From Klebsormidium nitens (taxonomy: Eukaryota; Plantae; Klebsormidiophyceae), in NCBI GenBank assembly GCA_000708835.1, contig DF237151.1, positions 82,592 to 146,591 of the forward strand: 64,000 nt of DNA, read 5' to 3'. This document shows positions 1 to 14,099 of the stretch, one piece after another. The first letter of the stretch is position 1. Every line of letters begins with the position of its first letter. The notes beneath the pieces were generated by a model, which was not told the DNA's origin, searched no databases, and saw only the letters and a program-made list of their open reading frames with translations. Both the position numbers and the translations under genes were made by a program.

Positions 1-3000
1 CTACTTCACAAGGACACTTCGAAACTAAGAAACCCATCCCGAGAGTCGCAGCCTTACTACTAGCTTGGTAAAAGGCGGCTGGCAGGCCGTGCGCGCTCTC
101 TTGACGCCCGAGATCGACCCCGGCAAAAGGCACTGGATAAGAATTAGGAGCTTATTTGAGATGCCAAAACCGAAAGAAGCGCCGCGCGGGAGACGATCGA
201 TCGACCCACTCATACGCGTCATCAACAGGCGTCGAATCAGCTGAGAATCACTGTCCTATGTCGTTTGGGCTGTCGAACGTGCCCAGTATGATATTGTTGC
301 CCGTTGGCATATGGGCGGCTAGGTAAGAGGTCGCACGATGATTTTGTACCTCTTTTTCAGTTTGAATCGTATGCAATCGGGCTGAGTGCCTTAATTCCTG
401 AGCACCACTGGTAGGAACCAGTGCTGAGTCTCGTCCAATCCAACCATCGTGCACGAGCATCCGAAGGGACTTATATGAGAGCCAGAATTTAGACTGCTCG
501 CAACCAGAAAGCCCGGAAGATCGTGGGCATGAAAGTGACCCAGGGTTTACTGCTCATCACAGCCACGTACGTAAACCTCTTGGCTTCAAGCACGCGTTCA
601 AACGTTCTGGCAAAATAGAGATCACTTAGCAAAACTTCAAGTGATTTCGCACTCGGGAGCCACAACCCCTTGAAAAATCAATCGACTGGAAGTTGAGAAC
701 GTCAGCTAGTGTACGATGACCATAGTTGGTCGGAAATCGAATAGTCTGCCACTGGAAGCCAGCTTTCTAAGCACGTGGGCGCCTCTGTTACACGAAGCCA
801 GCGCCTGACAGTCGCAATCAGAGGTTCTTCTCTTTTCTAGAGGCGACTTGAGCTTCTAGCTCGTATTGGCCCGCCAAGGGCGTCAAGAAATCCAATTGGG
901 CAAGCAAGACTTCCATTTGAGACTTATTCACCCGTTTTAGAATCTCTTCGCTCCTTTACACATGTGATCACTCTGGTTTCTTCTGGCCCGTTGATCGGAG
1001 GGGCAAGCAGAAACATCAGCGCACCGTTCCGTGAACTTCAGACCAGCTCATGTAGCAACAAAGTCAAACCACCGCGGAAGTGAGACGTTGATCACCGTCC
1101 CAACTGTTCTTTGTTCTTTATTGCTGTGCCTTGAAACGACTTGCTAGCCAGATTCAATTACATTGCATGCTCCGAAAAGCATTCAAGGGGCCTCTGGTGA
1201 TTGAAGGGCCAGCTAGGCTTGAATGATGTCTCATGGACAAAAAGTGGCATTGAGATTTACTGCGTCCGAACAATCCCTTCGAATCAGTCTTCGTAAAGGC
1301 CGAAGACATCAGCAAAAGCTTTGTAGCCAGTTGACGAGCGATTTTGGATTGTTGATGTACGTGACACCATATGCTTGCGCCCTCTTGGAGGCACCGCCAT
1401 AAGACGCACGCGATGCTTTCAAGGAGCGCGACCGGCCATCAAAGTTGATCTTCAAAACCTACACGTCACTTCTCCAAGTTGATCAATCCCCAGCCCAAGT
1501 CTGAGTCCAACCCCCAGGTCCCTTTTCCTGAAAAGATATGACTTTTGTCAAAGAGCAGAACACTCAATTCCTGGCACTGCCATCAACAATACCAAGAATC
1601 TAACCGCCCGCCATCTCGGAGCATAGTTTTTTGAGGCCGGGAATGCTTGGAGCGTAATTTAAAGCCCCTGTCTCCCTCGCCCTCTTTTTTACTTGTAAGA
1701 AAGCCAAGAATCTTCGGATTGATCGACGGTCAATGATCGACTGACTCCGACTTGGGCTTTGAAGCCACTCGCATTGCCGTACCTGCTTACCCCTTACGTA
1801 ACAACGGAATGTAAACCGCCAGATTGAGCAAGCTAGCATGTTAGCGGCGGTCCGAGTATAGCTCGCGGGGCGCCGCGGCCTTATGCTCGGGCACTTCAGA
1901 TTCATATTCCGATTGAAAGGCAAAATCTTTTAGCGCGGCGTGCGGGCACTAGCTAGTGCCGGCAACGTGTGCGACGAGACAAGTTGTACCTAGTGAATAA
2001 ATGCAGTGCATACGTTTGACATGAGGAACTGAGAATGAGCAGCATCGCAAGCGAAAAGACGGACGTGGGCTTGCGAAAGTACAGCGCAATAGCAGACCAG
2101 AGTATCATTGCTGTTCTAACTTCGGCTAGGAATAAGAGGTACAGCGGCTAGGCAACAATCTGCAGAGACCAATGTTTGAATGATTATCGTAACGCAATTA
2201 CTCGCTCGCAGAATGTTGCTGAGGCAGCAAGCGAAAATGGAAAGCCGGGCCGCATGTCAAGCCTTGGTTTTATATGCCGTAGAAATTGGATAAAGCACTT
2301 CGAACGCAATTGAAGACGTTTGAGGAGAAGCTAACAAAAAGACGGTGTCATCCGGGGAACTATCGTTTCAGAGGCTTTTCCTGCGTGGTCGGTTTTCGAC
2401 TCGATTCCCTTAAAGCGATTAAGGCAATTTGATGGCGTCACAGAAGGTTGAAGAGAATCACATACGCCAGCTTCTTTCGAGACCCAGAGCATCGAGCCAG
2501 CTGAACGGCAGTCAGATCCATTTTTCATGGAAACATTCCGTCAATCTCATTCAGCAGGGTTTGAGGACTGACACGAAAGTGCTGCAATCGACGCGCGTCC
2601 TAGTCGCTCCGAAAAGCCTGGCATCAATGTCGAACTTTTCGTCCTGTCATCAATTGGAGCGCGCTCGTCAAGGAGCGTCCCCAAGATTCGTGTGCATCAC
2701 CGCCTTTGTCGGACTTCAACTTCGCCTTAGCTGGCCAAAAGTCAACAACAGTCACTGTCAATGTTCAAAAACAGTTTGCAAGAAGGCCGTAAATACATAT
2801 TTGCTTTCTTCTAACAGCAGCATAGAAGAACATAAGAAGGTCTGGGTTTCCCAAGAGCCGCCGAGCGCTTGTCTTCGCAGCAAAAGACGGAAGGACGTTG
2901 TTTATGGACAGTGATGCTCCGCGTCCACGTTTCCGTGGAAGACACGCCCCCCCATCCCGCAAAGAAGACTATTAGTAGAGACGTCAGCTTGCCTCCCACT

Positions 3001-6000
3001 CAGTTCGAAATTCATAACAAGCAGCGTCCAAACGACGCCCTGAAAGTCATCTCACAAATCCTGAGTGCTTTTCCGATGCGCAGCGCACTGGTTTCCTGGC
3101 TGAATCCGATAACCGCCAAGTGTAGGACTTGCACCCACGACCGCTGAGCCGAACTTAGCATCAGTTCTGCGAACTCGAGGAAACATGGGGCGTAATCACT
3201 TGAGCCCCAGTCCTTGTTCAACCTTCTTTTGCAACTGTGGAAGTCACATGCTTATAATGACATAGACCGAGAACCATCAACTGAAAATAGGACCTGCAGG
3301 CACATAAAGTACGGGAGCCTGGTTACACTTGGCACAGCAACGACACACTAATAAAAACGCCAGTCTTCGGATCCACCAATTGGCTTACTCGTTGAAAGTG
3401 GAAACAATTAAGGCCCATGAAGCCGTCTAACAGGCTAGTACGCTGGCTAGCGTACGTAGTTGAGCTGTCGCTTTGGCTGCGGCCCCGCAGTCCATTTTCG
3501 GGTATTCAGAGTTGCGGATTTGAACTGGGCAAAAGGTTTGGAACAGTGGGATGCACTGATCGAGCGGGTCAGTAACGTTGTAAGTGATTGCATGCAAACA
3601 CCTCAGGACGGATTTGAAAGCGTCTACACATTACGGCTGCTCTTGACGCAATCCAGCCCCAAATTAAAAAAGCATCATTGCTGCACCATCACATATAACG
3701 GAAATAAGCAAACGGTTTTTAGTCCCGGCAGACATCAGAATCATTTCGAGATAAGCGAAGCAAGCGATTTGCCTGAGCGAGGTAGTCGATGGGTTGTTTT
3801 CTGTGAAGCTACCATCGCCAAAAGAAAGAAAATGTCGAAGCGAACACTACTACGGACCGGTGTGACGTCGAGCCCCCCAAACGAGCTCTTGGAGACCTCG
3901 ACGACAAACATCATTAATGAACGGTTCAAATTTCGCAAAGACCCAAATAACGAGTTGCAGACGATAAGGATCTGCGGTCCAGAATTGCAACCAAATCATT
4001 GACAGCGAAACGAGTAAAGAAGCTATAAAAAAGCGTCCACCAGTGTACACGACAGTCATTGGATCGAACAGGGCCCATTGCTTTCACAAGCCGTGGCTTT
4101 CGCGGACTCTAGCGTGCTTGGATTATGTGGAAGACTTGCTCGGAGATTCGCGCTTGCTTTAGGCGATTCTGAAACTAGTTCGGGTTCGTGCCGGAACATT
4201 CCGCAAAATTCAAAGTTTTGATCCAAAAGGCGTCAATCAGAACCTATAAGCCAACGGTGCTGACGCTGTCGTTTAAGATGGTGGGTAGTAAAGCCTGCAT
4301 GCCCTCTGTGTTGGAGACGCTCTTTTTTTGACCGCATGTGCACCATTGCGTCAGTTACAGGCTGGTAACCAATATATGTAGAGCGCCCTCGTGGCCTCAG
4401 GGTATATCAGATGCAAGAGACGCTTGGCCACCACAATCAGCGCCAGGTCTCCAGCCCTCCTTAGCCCTTATCCCGGCAGAAGATTACGATTGTGCCTGCA
4501 ATTTTCATCGTGAATTGAAGACGCTCAGGTCCGCAGCTTTCAACTTCGCTGCTCAAAATGTGCGCCAGTGATGATCCTTACCTCGTCGAGCGACTTCATT
4601 GTGTCATTGCATTTGAAGCTCTGGGCCGCACAAGACGTCAAGAATAACAAGGATTCAAAATGGATTGGGTGGCGAGTAAACTGTGAAACGGGCTTTGGTG
4701 ATATCGAAGAAGGGGGTCCACTGTCAGCGTCCAAGGCAGACCGGTGGAGATCTAGTTCTTGTAGCACAGACTACGATGGTACCAGAGAGAGTGCACAAGT
4801 CTGGTTCTTGATACACTGCGATGACGCGGCAGCAGCGTCAGTGGTCTCGAGATGACCTTCTGGACCAGATAAAGTTTGATGCCCAGATCCCAGCTCACGT
4901 CATTGCTTTATCAAAACAAACGCGGATGAAAGTTTTGTTCGATGAGAAAGCAAGCTTCTTTAGCTAGCTTACCTGCACCCGAAAGCAGCACCCGAAAGCA
5001 GATCTAAAGGTATGTTTGCTAAGCCCAGATCGTAAAGTTTATCCACAGAACAAACAGCAGACTCCATCTTCTGCCGTGCATGCCACAACTGTGACGTCAC
5101 AGGCTGATAGTTTCTGGAGGGATTTTCGGTAACGAGGGCGTCAATGACAGCCGCTGCTGCATTTGGCGCGTAGGCCATTAGATGCAGGCGGCATCGCATC
5201 ATTGCCACGTGACGCTCCCCAAGAGATGCTCACGTATAATATGACGCAGTCAAGGGCACCTAAAAAACAAACACCTTATTTGCAACTAAGCGTGCGAAAC
5301 ACTAGATCACAGCTAGTGCCATCGCAAGCGGACGGACGATGAATCCGCCTGTTTCAACGGTTCTGAACGCCCCACTGTCATTGGCACTTGAATGGGGGCT
5401 TGTCAAGATTGGAATTTCCTGTGCACTGGCAGTAAGAGCAGACTCGGAGAAAGTGGCTCAGAGCGGGAAAAGTTGGGCGACGCAACGGTCACGTACTTTG
5501 AAGGGATTTGTTAGTCTTCATTATTTTGCAATCTCCAAAACGTTCTCGACCTTGCAGTAGATCGACTCCGAAGCCCCCCTTACTTCACCATCTTTACAAA
5601 CAGCTGTCAAAGCCGCTTTCCTCACCAAATCGTGCAACCTACGAACGTCCTATCTGATCCGTCAGCTAGAGCACATACGTCAGACTAATTCTTTCTATTG
5701 CAAGGGGCATCCGAGTCAAAGTTGGATGGAGCTAGATGGTCCAACAGTGAGGCTCTCAAACGTGCCCCAAAGATTTGCAGATTATGGCCGGCCGGAAGGT
5801 AACACTTTTGCAAGTCCCTTCATCTCTTTCTCACGTCTTTTCTGGAAACTTGTAATCAGCGATCGCTGGCAGCAACAATCGAAGCAAAGCAGAAGAACGC
5901 GAAGGTAAAAAAACGGAAGCGCGCGGCATGTTCGGAGCTTTGCTTGAATATTATGCTAGAGTCTGTCCAGGCATGATAAAAAGGATTGAATGTTGATGGA

Positions 6001-9000
6001 GCTAACGCGTTACATAAAAGGCAGATGATGACCGAGTCAATCTGGACGGGTCACGCGACAAACCTTCTCGTTGATTCTGCACTCTAGGCCCCAAGAAAGA
6101 CAGAGGGAGTATGTTAATAGCTTCAGCCTGAGTTACTGGAAATAAGCAGTTGAGGGCGATTCCCCTTCGGGTACCTCAACATAATATGGGCATCCCAGCC
6201 ACAACAGTATTGGGCGCTGAACAGTACGACAGCTGGGATTGTGCCCAGCTGAGTAAATCTCGCTTTCAAGTTCTTGATGCCCTCTGACTGTTTGTGAAGT
6301 AGAGAATCGAACTGGAGACTCGATTTGAATGTGGGTCTTTCAGTTACCCACGCGTACTCACGACAATTCTCGAGGCGGGACGCCGCACGCTCTCCTCCTC
6401 CGAATGTATGGGGGACGAAAAAGCAGGAACGCCGCCGTCTTGCACCTTTGACTTCCCACGTGATTGAGTTGGCTATTACGGTACAGAGCCACAGAGCCCT
6501 ACGAAGGCCCCAAGTCCGTTGAATAACGCGGATCTCAACACCGCCCTTCACTAGAGCTTCGGGCCTCGACTTCTTCAGTAAGGACGCGTCGAAACACTTG
6601 TGGTGGCGCTTTCAAAATCTCCTGATGCTCCATGCCTTTGCCACATCAAGAGTACGAAGCTCGGGCTTCAGCAGTGCCAGTGCAGCATCGGCTTCACAGG
6701 AAGACATCTGCGCTGCCAGCTAAGCGTTCCAAGTGGGTAGCAATCATCATCGCTGCTCGATTCGGACAGCTGTTACAGCTCGCGCCAAAAGGTCGTGCAG
6801 AAGGAAATCCACAAAACCGAGGAGAAAGAGGCAGCCATGAGAATTGTATTCCGGATGAGAACAGCTTCCAGAGACTGCACTTCGCGCAGTCCGGTCACTT
6901 TATATCAGTGGAATGCCGTATGATTGAAGGATGACTTCTAAAGGAGCTGGCAACCAGCAGATGCAACGTTACGTCTAACGTCGCACGCGCCTCAAAAGCC
7001 TAACGAATGTAATCGAAACGAGTATCTAGTTTCTGTGAGGGACTCAACTAAGGCCGACACAAACTTGGAGCATTGTCGCCTGCCTCCTTTTGAGCACGTC
7101 ACGGTAAAGTCTGAACGTGTATTGTTAAGGCCCAACTACTACTCTATGTGTACAGCATTAATAGGCTTGTGTCGTAAAATTGGATGCTCCATCTTCTAAT
7201 CGGCCCAGACGTGTACATCATCGCTGTTTGGAAATCGAACCGCCCTCGAGTCCAAGCCGGATCGAGGTCTACCCACAAACTAGCAGCAAGAGGATGTGAG
7301 CTAGGGCTAGCTTGTGCATTCATATCACGGACTTCTTCAATGAGAGCACCCGATATCGATCAAGTGAAACTTAAGCAATGAACTAGGTTGAAACGGTTGG
7401 GGGATTGATCACCCGCGTCTTGCCCGAGTGTTAAAAGACTACCGTCGAACGTACATCAGATGCGGCCAAGCTGGAAAAAATTTCCAGGAAACAATCCCCA
7501 AAATGACGCTTATGCAGAAACAGAGTTTTCTAGTAACAGCGTCAGCGTTTGCCTACTACCAGAGCTCTCACTGAGGCGCGGGCTTTAAAAGCGCCCCGGA
7601 CATCCACACGTGCATCAGTGCTGTAGAATTCGTTTCTAAATCCTAATTTGGGCACCCAGGCATACTGATCAAGAGGCTGAAACAGTCGCAATTGGAGAGT
7701 CCGGGATACAGCAATCGGACCTCTCTCTCTGTGATTAAACTTCGTCCCTTACGTACCTGTAATGTTACTGTCTGCTTCAATCATAATGAGTTGGGCGAGT
7801 TCGCTAATTGTCGATCTGAAAGTCCGCTGAGTGACGACCGACAAGATTTGCTTCAGTGCTCTAAGGTGGTCGATAGAGAGTGGCATGCCATTACAGCCTG
7901 AGGAGGCAAGTTGGTTATAGTGACCTCTAAGGAGGTATGAGAACAGCGCGACTGCTGATACGCGCAATCGATGAGAGATGGGCGATCGAAGGAGACGACA
8001 GAACGGCTGCTCTCGCCAGATCTTAGCTACGCCACGGGAAGCAGACTCAGCAGTAGATTCAGAGCAAAATCCTGGATCCGGCGCCATCAGTGCACCGATC
8101 ATGCAGCGCAACGGTCTCTAGCTCATTCATTATCGACGTGAAGCGGCCTAACTTCGACTGACAGTGCGTACGTGAAAGGATGCAGCGAAAGAATGAAGGG
8201 TCGATGATTTTGAAGAGGATTTTTGCGTAACCACGAAGAGGAGGCCTTAAAGAAGAAGCGTGAGGCAACACCTTCTCAAAAAGAACTCTAGGTGGCGCGC
8301 GGCGGCCTTTACGAGCTTTGACCTTCTCACATGGGTCTCAGATCGGAGCTAAAATCTGCCCAGACTCATCAGCGCAACCGTTCAGCTCGAAAACGGAAAG
8401 ATACCTAGAAAGACTCAGTTGCTCTAATCGAGGCATTGTAGACGGCTAGGCAGAGACGTGGGCGGCTTTTGTTGGCGTCGGCTTTGGTTTGCCTTCTGAA
8501 CTATTGCACTAACCCATGTCAAGCCGGGTACGTCCAAAACGGGCGACCCGAAACACCCCTGACACACTCAGTTCAGATCACGAAAAGGCGTGGCTTTCAC
8601 CAGGTGAAGAGGCCGGGTCAGTCCATATTGTTCACAGTCATGTTCAGCCCAGGGTGATTGAAGTCGATAATTATTCAGGACAGGCTGCGGCCACAAGTGC
8701 ATGATACTGCCGGCAAGGCGATTCTAGTACTTAGACTTCGCCGCGGCAGACTCGGAGGCGTCAGGAAAATGTTAACAGGGGCCTCTGCTGAGGACGCTGA
8801 TGCAAGGTCCCCAAGCTCAAAGCCCAAATCATAGCCACGTATGGAGGGAACCTTTGGACAAGGAAAAACTATTGAAATTGTAGGAATAGGTACACGAGTC
8901 TCCAAAAGTGAAGATGTTCTATCACAAGCAGGGGAAGCTTCACATATGCAAGCAAAAGCGGAGTCGTCAAATCATCGGCGTGACCAATTCGGAATGATAC

Positions 9001-10560
9001 TGATGTATGACCAAATGAAAAACGATTGGGGCGTCAGGATAAAGCGCAATCCAAGTGCGAGTACCTGACCGGTAAAGGCCAGTCTCGGACCTTCACATCA
9101 TCGCCTGGCCCACTCGTCTAGAAACTGGGAAAAACTTCAGGACGTGACTCAATATATGAAAGAACGAGCACTGAGAAAAGGAACGATGTTGTCCACGCGC
9201 TTAACAATGAAGTCACCAGCGCCCAGATGACTGCGTTGATTATGTCAGACGAGTACGTCATGAGCACCCGAGCTTTCAAACATGGTGGGCAGGTCTCGGT
9301 GGGACCCGATGCCGCACTCAATTTTGCCACGCACCGACGTGGTGACAGAATAGAGCGACTTGGGGAGTGGGCGTGGAATGGAAAGTGCGCCGCTTCTATT
9401 TGAAACCGGTCAATTGGTCATTCCGCAAGACGATTGTTATTTGTATACGCCCAGCACAAGGAAGTACTTCCATCCTAGCTTCGTGAAAGATTGGCAGCTA
9501 ATCATGGGCTCTCACCTCTGGCAACTGTCAGGATCAAAACACCATTCTCGGACCATCCCTCATCACAGCGGTGGCCAAAGGGCTCCGATGAATGTCAAAA
9601 ACAACTCTCTTATGTGCCCACCTTCCTCGCTTGTTGAAACGAGATCCATTCGGATCTAACATCTTGAATTCTGGAAGCAGGCAGATCTCCTTGTAATCAT
9701 TAAATTGGTTGATTGACAGCGGGACTGAAATGTGAACGCACGGACGGTAGCCAGGTGTTTCGGAGACACTGGCGCTTATTGAGAAAAAAGAACGGCAAGA
9801 TTCACGAGCTGAGGTTGAAAAGCCACAAGATAAGCGATCGGGCAGATGTTCTGAACGCGTTTGAACATGTCAGAATCTGCTTTGAAGTATGGCGAGATCT
9901 CCTCCAGGGAATTAGGGAGATGAGAAGCAAAGCGTTAGCACTTCAGACGAATGCAATTAATTGGGGCAATATTCGCTGATGCCCCGTTTCTGTATGTGCA
10001 TCACAGCCAGAATGATTGCAACTACTAGCGCCGGATCCACATCAGCTAGACGGCCGGAAAGAAATTAAGCCGGGTTGACTAATTGAACCCGATCGAGACC
10101 AGCTATTTAGGCTATAAGGAAACACATGAAACATCTCGAAATCTTCACTGGTAGATCAATTTGAACCGAAGAGAATGCATCATAAAACCTCAGAACTAGG
10201 AGACCACGTAGCCTGCTATACGGTACTCTATCAGCGGCGACCGAGAAGCTAGGATCCCCCTTTGAATGTCGCCATTGAACCGCCAGGTGTCAGATTTTCG
10301 GGCGGACACAAGAGATCCTTACATAAGTTGGGCCTTTCTATGTCATATGTCGGCGGCGGGCCCAAGTTCCCTATACGTGGGCCTGCCTTACCTAGCTAAA
10401 GATGCCAGCGATTTTATGTTGCTTTTGCAAAAGCGCGTTTGTTTTACATCGACAGAAATCAAGGGTCCACAACTTCGGTGCCCATCAAATTGGACGCGCA
10501 TTGTGGCGCCATGCAGCTGACGGTCTCTAGCTTAGATATTGGCTCGTCATCGCTGCTTGC
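1..10560 (-). pseudogene. Degenerate LRR-type (F-box/LRR-like) gene relics
   Basis: Short stop-interrupted minus-strand frames carry LxxLxL-like words: FTKLVVRLRLSGW (~45), KLTSLLI (~2980), VQVLHLAVIGF (~3120), GLQELVW (~3885), GIKNLKA (~6270), LETVALHDRC (~8110) and a possible F-box-like LANIPLDLL (~5010). The same structured intron element is present (7540-7620, 9935-10030). Confidence 0.45.
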
Positions 10561-11599
10561 TGCAAAGTAGTAGCCATTTTAAACGACGGTATAGAACACT
10601 TAACAAGAAAAGCACATACTTTGGAAATCTATATAAATGTTCAACAGAGTACGATGCCAGCAACGTACCTGCAAGAATACCTAAGCAGAGAAAGGTAATT
10701 CTCCTCTTGATCTGACTACGATGGTTGCCAGTCAAAATTGTCATCTATTTGACGCTGATCTCACTACACTATTGTCAGTCGAGTTTGTCATCTATTTGAC
10801 CATAACAAGGGCCGATATACAAGTATTCTCTTCAAGATTATTGATCTAGCAAAGGAAGCACAGGGAGTCACTTATCATCGACACTTTCAGCTTGTTTCTC
10901 CTCGAACTCCCTCTTATTTACCTTCGTACATCTCACAATACTCTTCTTGACTCTCACTGCTAGACCAATCCCGTTCTTTGAGAACCAACGCGACGCGAGA
11001 ATAAAAAATACCCGAGGAAGCGAAGCCAGTATCTCGAAGCCAGTATCTCAAACTAAGTTCTGGTCAACTCAACCTCGCAATCCAATTGGGATTGATTATA
11101 CGTCCCTGCAAGAGGAATCCGAAATCTTCTAAGTCGATAGTCTCATGAAAATGTATGCATCTTCGCTACAAAAGCCCAACCCAAGTAAAGCAAAGCCAGG
11201 TTTGACAAGATCGGAGTGAGGGTACCTTCAGTACCTCAACTTAAGGAGAACTAAGGTGGAGATCAATCAACCAAGATGAACATGCACTTGCAGCAGCCCC
11301 TTGTGACAGTCTCTCTCGTATGGAAAGATTGCCCCACATTCTCGATTAGCAGTCCCATATGCCAGCTTAACACCCTCCGTACTCTGCAGAGCTTGACTTA
11401 CGGTCGTTTGCAGTGATTGCAACCGGATGCCCGAACTCTAAAATTGTCGATATCCACACAACCGCTGCACCGCGAGAAGCAGATGGTCAGCTAGTCCTGT
11501 GCAACACACAGGGTTTCCACAATCTGGAATATGATCTGACGCTGCCTCTCAGAGTTGCTTGTAACGTCAGGTCTTCTATGCAATTTGTCTTCCTATATT

Positions 11600-12900
11600 C
11601 CTTTGTTCCTGGTTGATGCTTTTTGTACTGCAAGCCAAAGTTCTATTCAGTCCTGGCATTGTAGAATGTACAAAGGAGAAAGGATTATTGGAGAAGATGC
11701 AACAAAAAAGAGCCGAGACGCTGAAGGGAATCGATTGACTTGCCTTTTGTGGTTCAGTACAGGGCCCACCCTTCTTTCCCAAAAAACCATTATGTAGATG
11801 ATTGGTGCCTCCTCTTCTATGACGGCCCTTGACAAAAAGACTGGGAGGAAGACCTCCTTCAAACCAAACACAACCAGGGCGACGAGTGCTAGGAGTACTA
11901 TCCGGAAGATGAGTACAACCAATAGAGTAATGCACACAAAAGGGGAAAAAAACCAGGAGGGTTTTCCTGGTATAGGATTTTCCCCCCCATTATAAGGTAT
12001 CCCCACTAGGTCGTACCACCACCGGTGGTCTGTACAACGTCGTTTTCTAATGGGCCTATCAATGCTTTGGAGCAAGAATGGCATCCCAAGTATGGCATCT
12101 TGTATACAAAGGAGTGGATGGAGGAAAAGGGCCAGAAACAGAAGGGCGACAAGTCTAACAAAGGCAGTGCCAAGACCTGACCACCCTTGCCTCCATATGA
12201 TGATTGCTAGGACTATATACAACATCCTAACCTGCAGTAAGAAAGTGGCATGTGAGGTAAGTCAAAAACCTTCTTTCACTTCCAATTGATTGGAAGTCGT
12301 CGTATAAGTGCCGTTCATGCAAATTCAATCCTCTCTACAAGTGCTGTCCAAAGGTGGTACAAAAAAACATCAGAATCTGATCTAGATGTCCTATGGGTTT
12401 ATTGAGAGTGCTTGTATACAGTTGGTATGTGATGCGACCTACCGGTGTCAATTCGAGGAGGTTGTTGGCGATTCCACTTAACGTGGGGCTGATGGGAGCC
12501 AGAACGTCGCCAATGATTTGAGTCGCATTTGGGGACGAAGCCATCACTGCCAAGTGTAATTTCCAATTTTTAGCTTCAACTCCAAATAAGGCCATTTCCT
12601 GCAGGGCATGTTATCTGTGACACTTGGAAGAGTTATACCCTGCATGTTTCTTAGTTGGAACGAAGGCGGCCGAATCAACAGGGGGAGTCCGAACACCAAT
12701 GGTTGCAGGCAACTTCAATGCAGCTGGTATGGTCCTCTGTCTTCCAAAACCATTCAAATTTAGTCAGGCAGCTGTGTTCTAGATGCTGCCCGCAGCTCTT
12801 CCAAACACCAAAACCCACCTGGCTGAGATTCTCCACCCCTTGGCGGCCTGCGCACCTCACCTTACTTTCCAATTGTTACAAACTCCTATTGAACACTACT
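11600..12900 (+). mobile_element. Highly decayed LTR-retrotransposon (Ty3/Gypsy-like) pol fragment (RT-RNase H)
   Basis: The plus frame has YVDD at 11791 and GFSWYRIFP at ~11960 (compare YYRRFIP). GSQNVANDLSR at ~12494-12526 (compare GKENVVADALSR) lies in another frame, ~178 codons after the WYR motif. Many in-frame stops and frameshifts; no LTR pair found. Confidence 0.4.
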
Positions 12901-14099
12901 TCTTTCAACCGCTGACTTTGCCTGTAAGAATTACAAAACCTAGCTGATCAGGTACCTCTCAATCGACACATTGGCCGCCTGTGCGTCTTTGCGCCTTCTG
13001 CCCCTTGCTCCTCTGCTATACCTCGTATCCTACTTTATCCAAATTAGATAAAGTGAGAAGCGTACAAGCGAGCCAGCTCGGAGCTCATCAATTTCAGCTG
13101 AGCTCATAGCTTATAGGGGGCTTATAGGTATCTCGCGTTGTATCCACGCCCTGTACGTTCTGTCCGGGTTGGATTCTGCTTTCATTGAACTCGTAAAATG
13201 GACCTGGTTCTTGGGATTGCACTGCAGCTAAAGGGCGTAACGTAGCAAGCGCGCTTGCTAGTGCTGGCGACATGAAAGAAGGCTACTCATTCCCTCAATT
13301 TTCGTTCTTTCCTGTAGGCTAATATTGGGTATTAATAATTATATATTCCGGTGTTTAGCCACTGGCGCAGAAGGAGAAACTTGCCACCGCGGCATGCATT
13401 ACCACGGGCCCGGGGACATTCAATAGCCAATGGACACATGCCATGATGCCATGTAGGCATGGTCCATCATTCTCCGTGCCAGCACGGTGGGCGCAGGGCG
13501 GCCGCGACGGCCTTAGTGCATATCCAATTAAGTTATGCGCCGCCATTGGCCGCCCAGTGGCCGTAATGGCGGCCGCCGCAGCGCAGCCGCGGCCGCCGCA
13601 GCAGCCGCGCTCGAATGTCGATGATTCATCCGCAATATCAATACATACAATGGTCGTCGGCCAAGCCAACTCAAAGTCGCAAGTGAGTGCCACAGCACCT
13701 CAAATGTCACTTCTCGCTGCTACGCCTCCCTCCAGCAATCGTAACCCCTCGTGAACTTAATCAACGCGATTGACAAAACCCGACATCGCCATGGGCCTCG
13801 CACTTAATGTGCTCTGTGCACGTGCCGATCGGTTGTGAATGGCTGAGTCTAGCCTGGCTGCGCTGCAAATTACTGACCGAGATGGAGAAATGCGCTGTAA
13901 ACACGAAACAACCTGTAAATGCCTGCAGCGCAACAACATTGAAGCTGCGCGACATGGCATGCTAAAGCTTATACATTCAAGAAAGACGATATCAGGGAGC
14001 TGAGTAAAGCCGCAAGTGGAGTGTCGAGCGGCTACAATCTTTGCACGTGGCCCGTCAGAGTTTTCTCGCATGCTCCTGATAAGGTGACAGTGGGACGAG

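Noticed and set aside
1-10100. Apparent excess of CTAG
   Set aside because: My rough count (~40 in 10 kb) equals random expectation (~39), so there is no enrichment.
11647-12225. Minus ORF with QDAILGMPFL (retropepsin-like) or a membrane-protein look
   Set aside because: The flanking context does not fit a protease. The plus strand gives colinear RT and RNase H-like motifs, so this is probably an antisense shadow.
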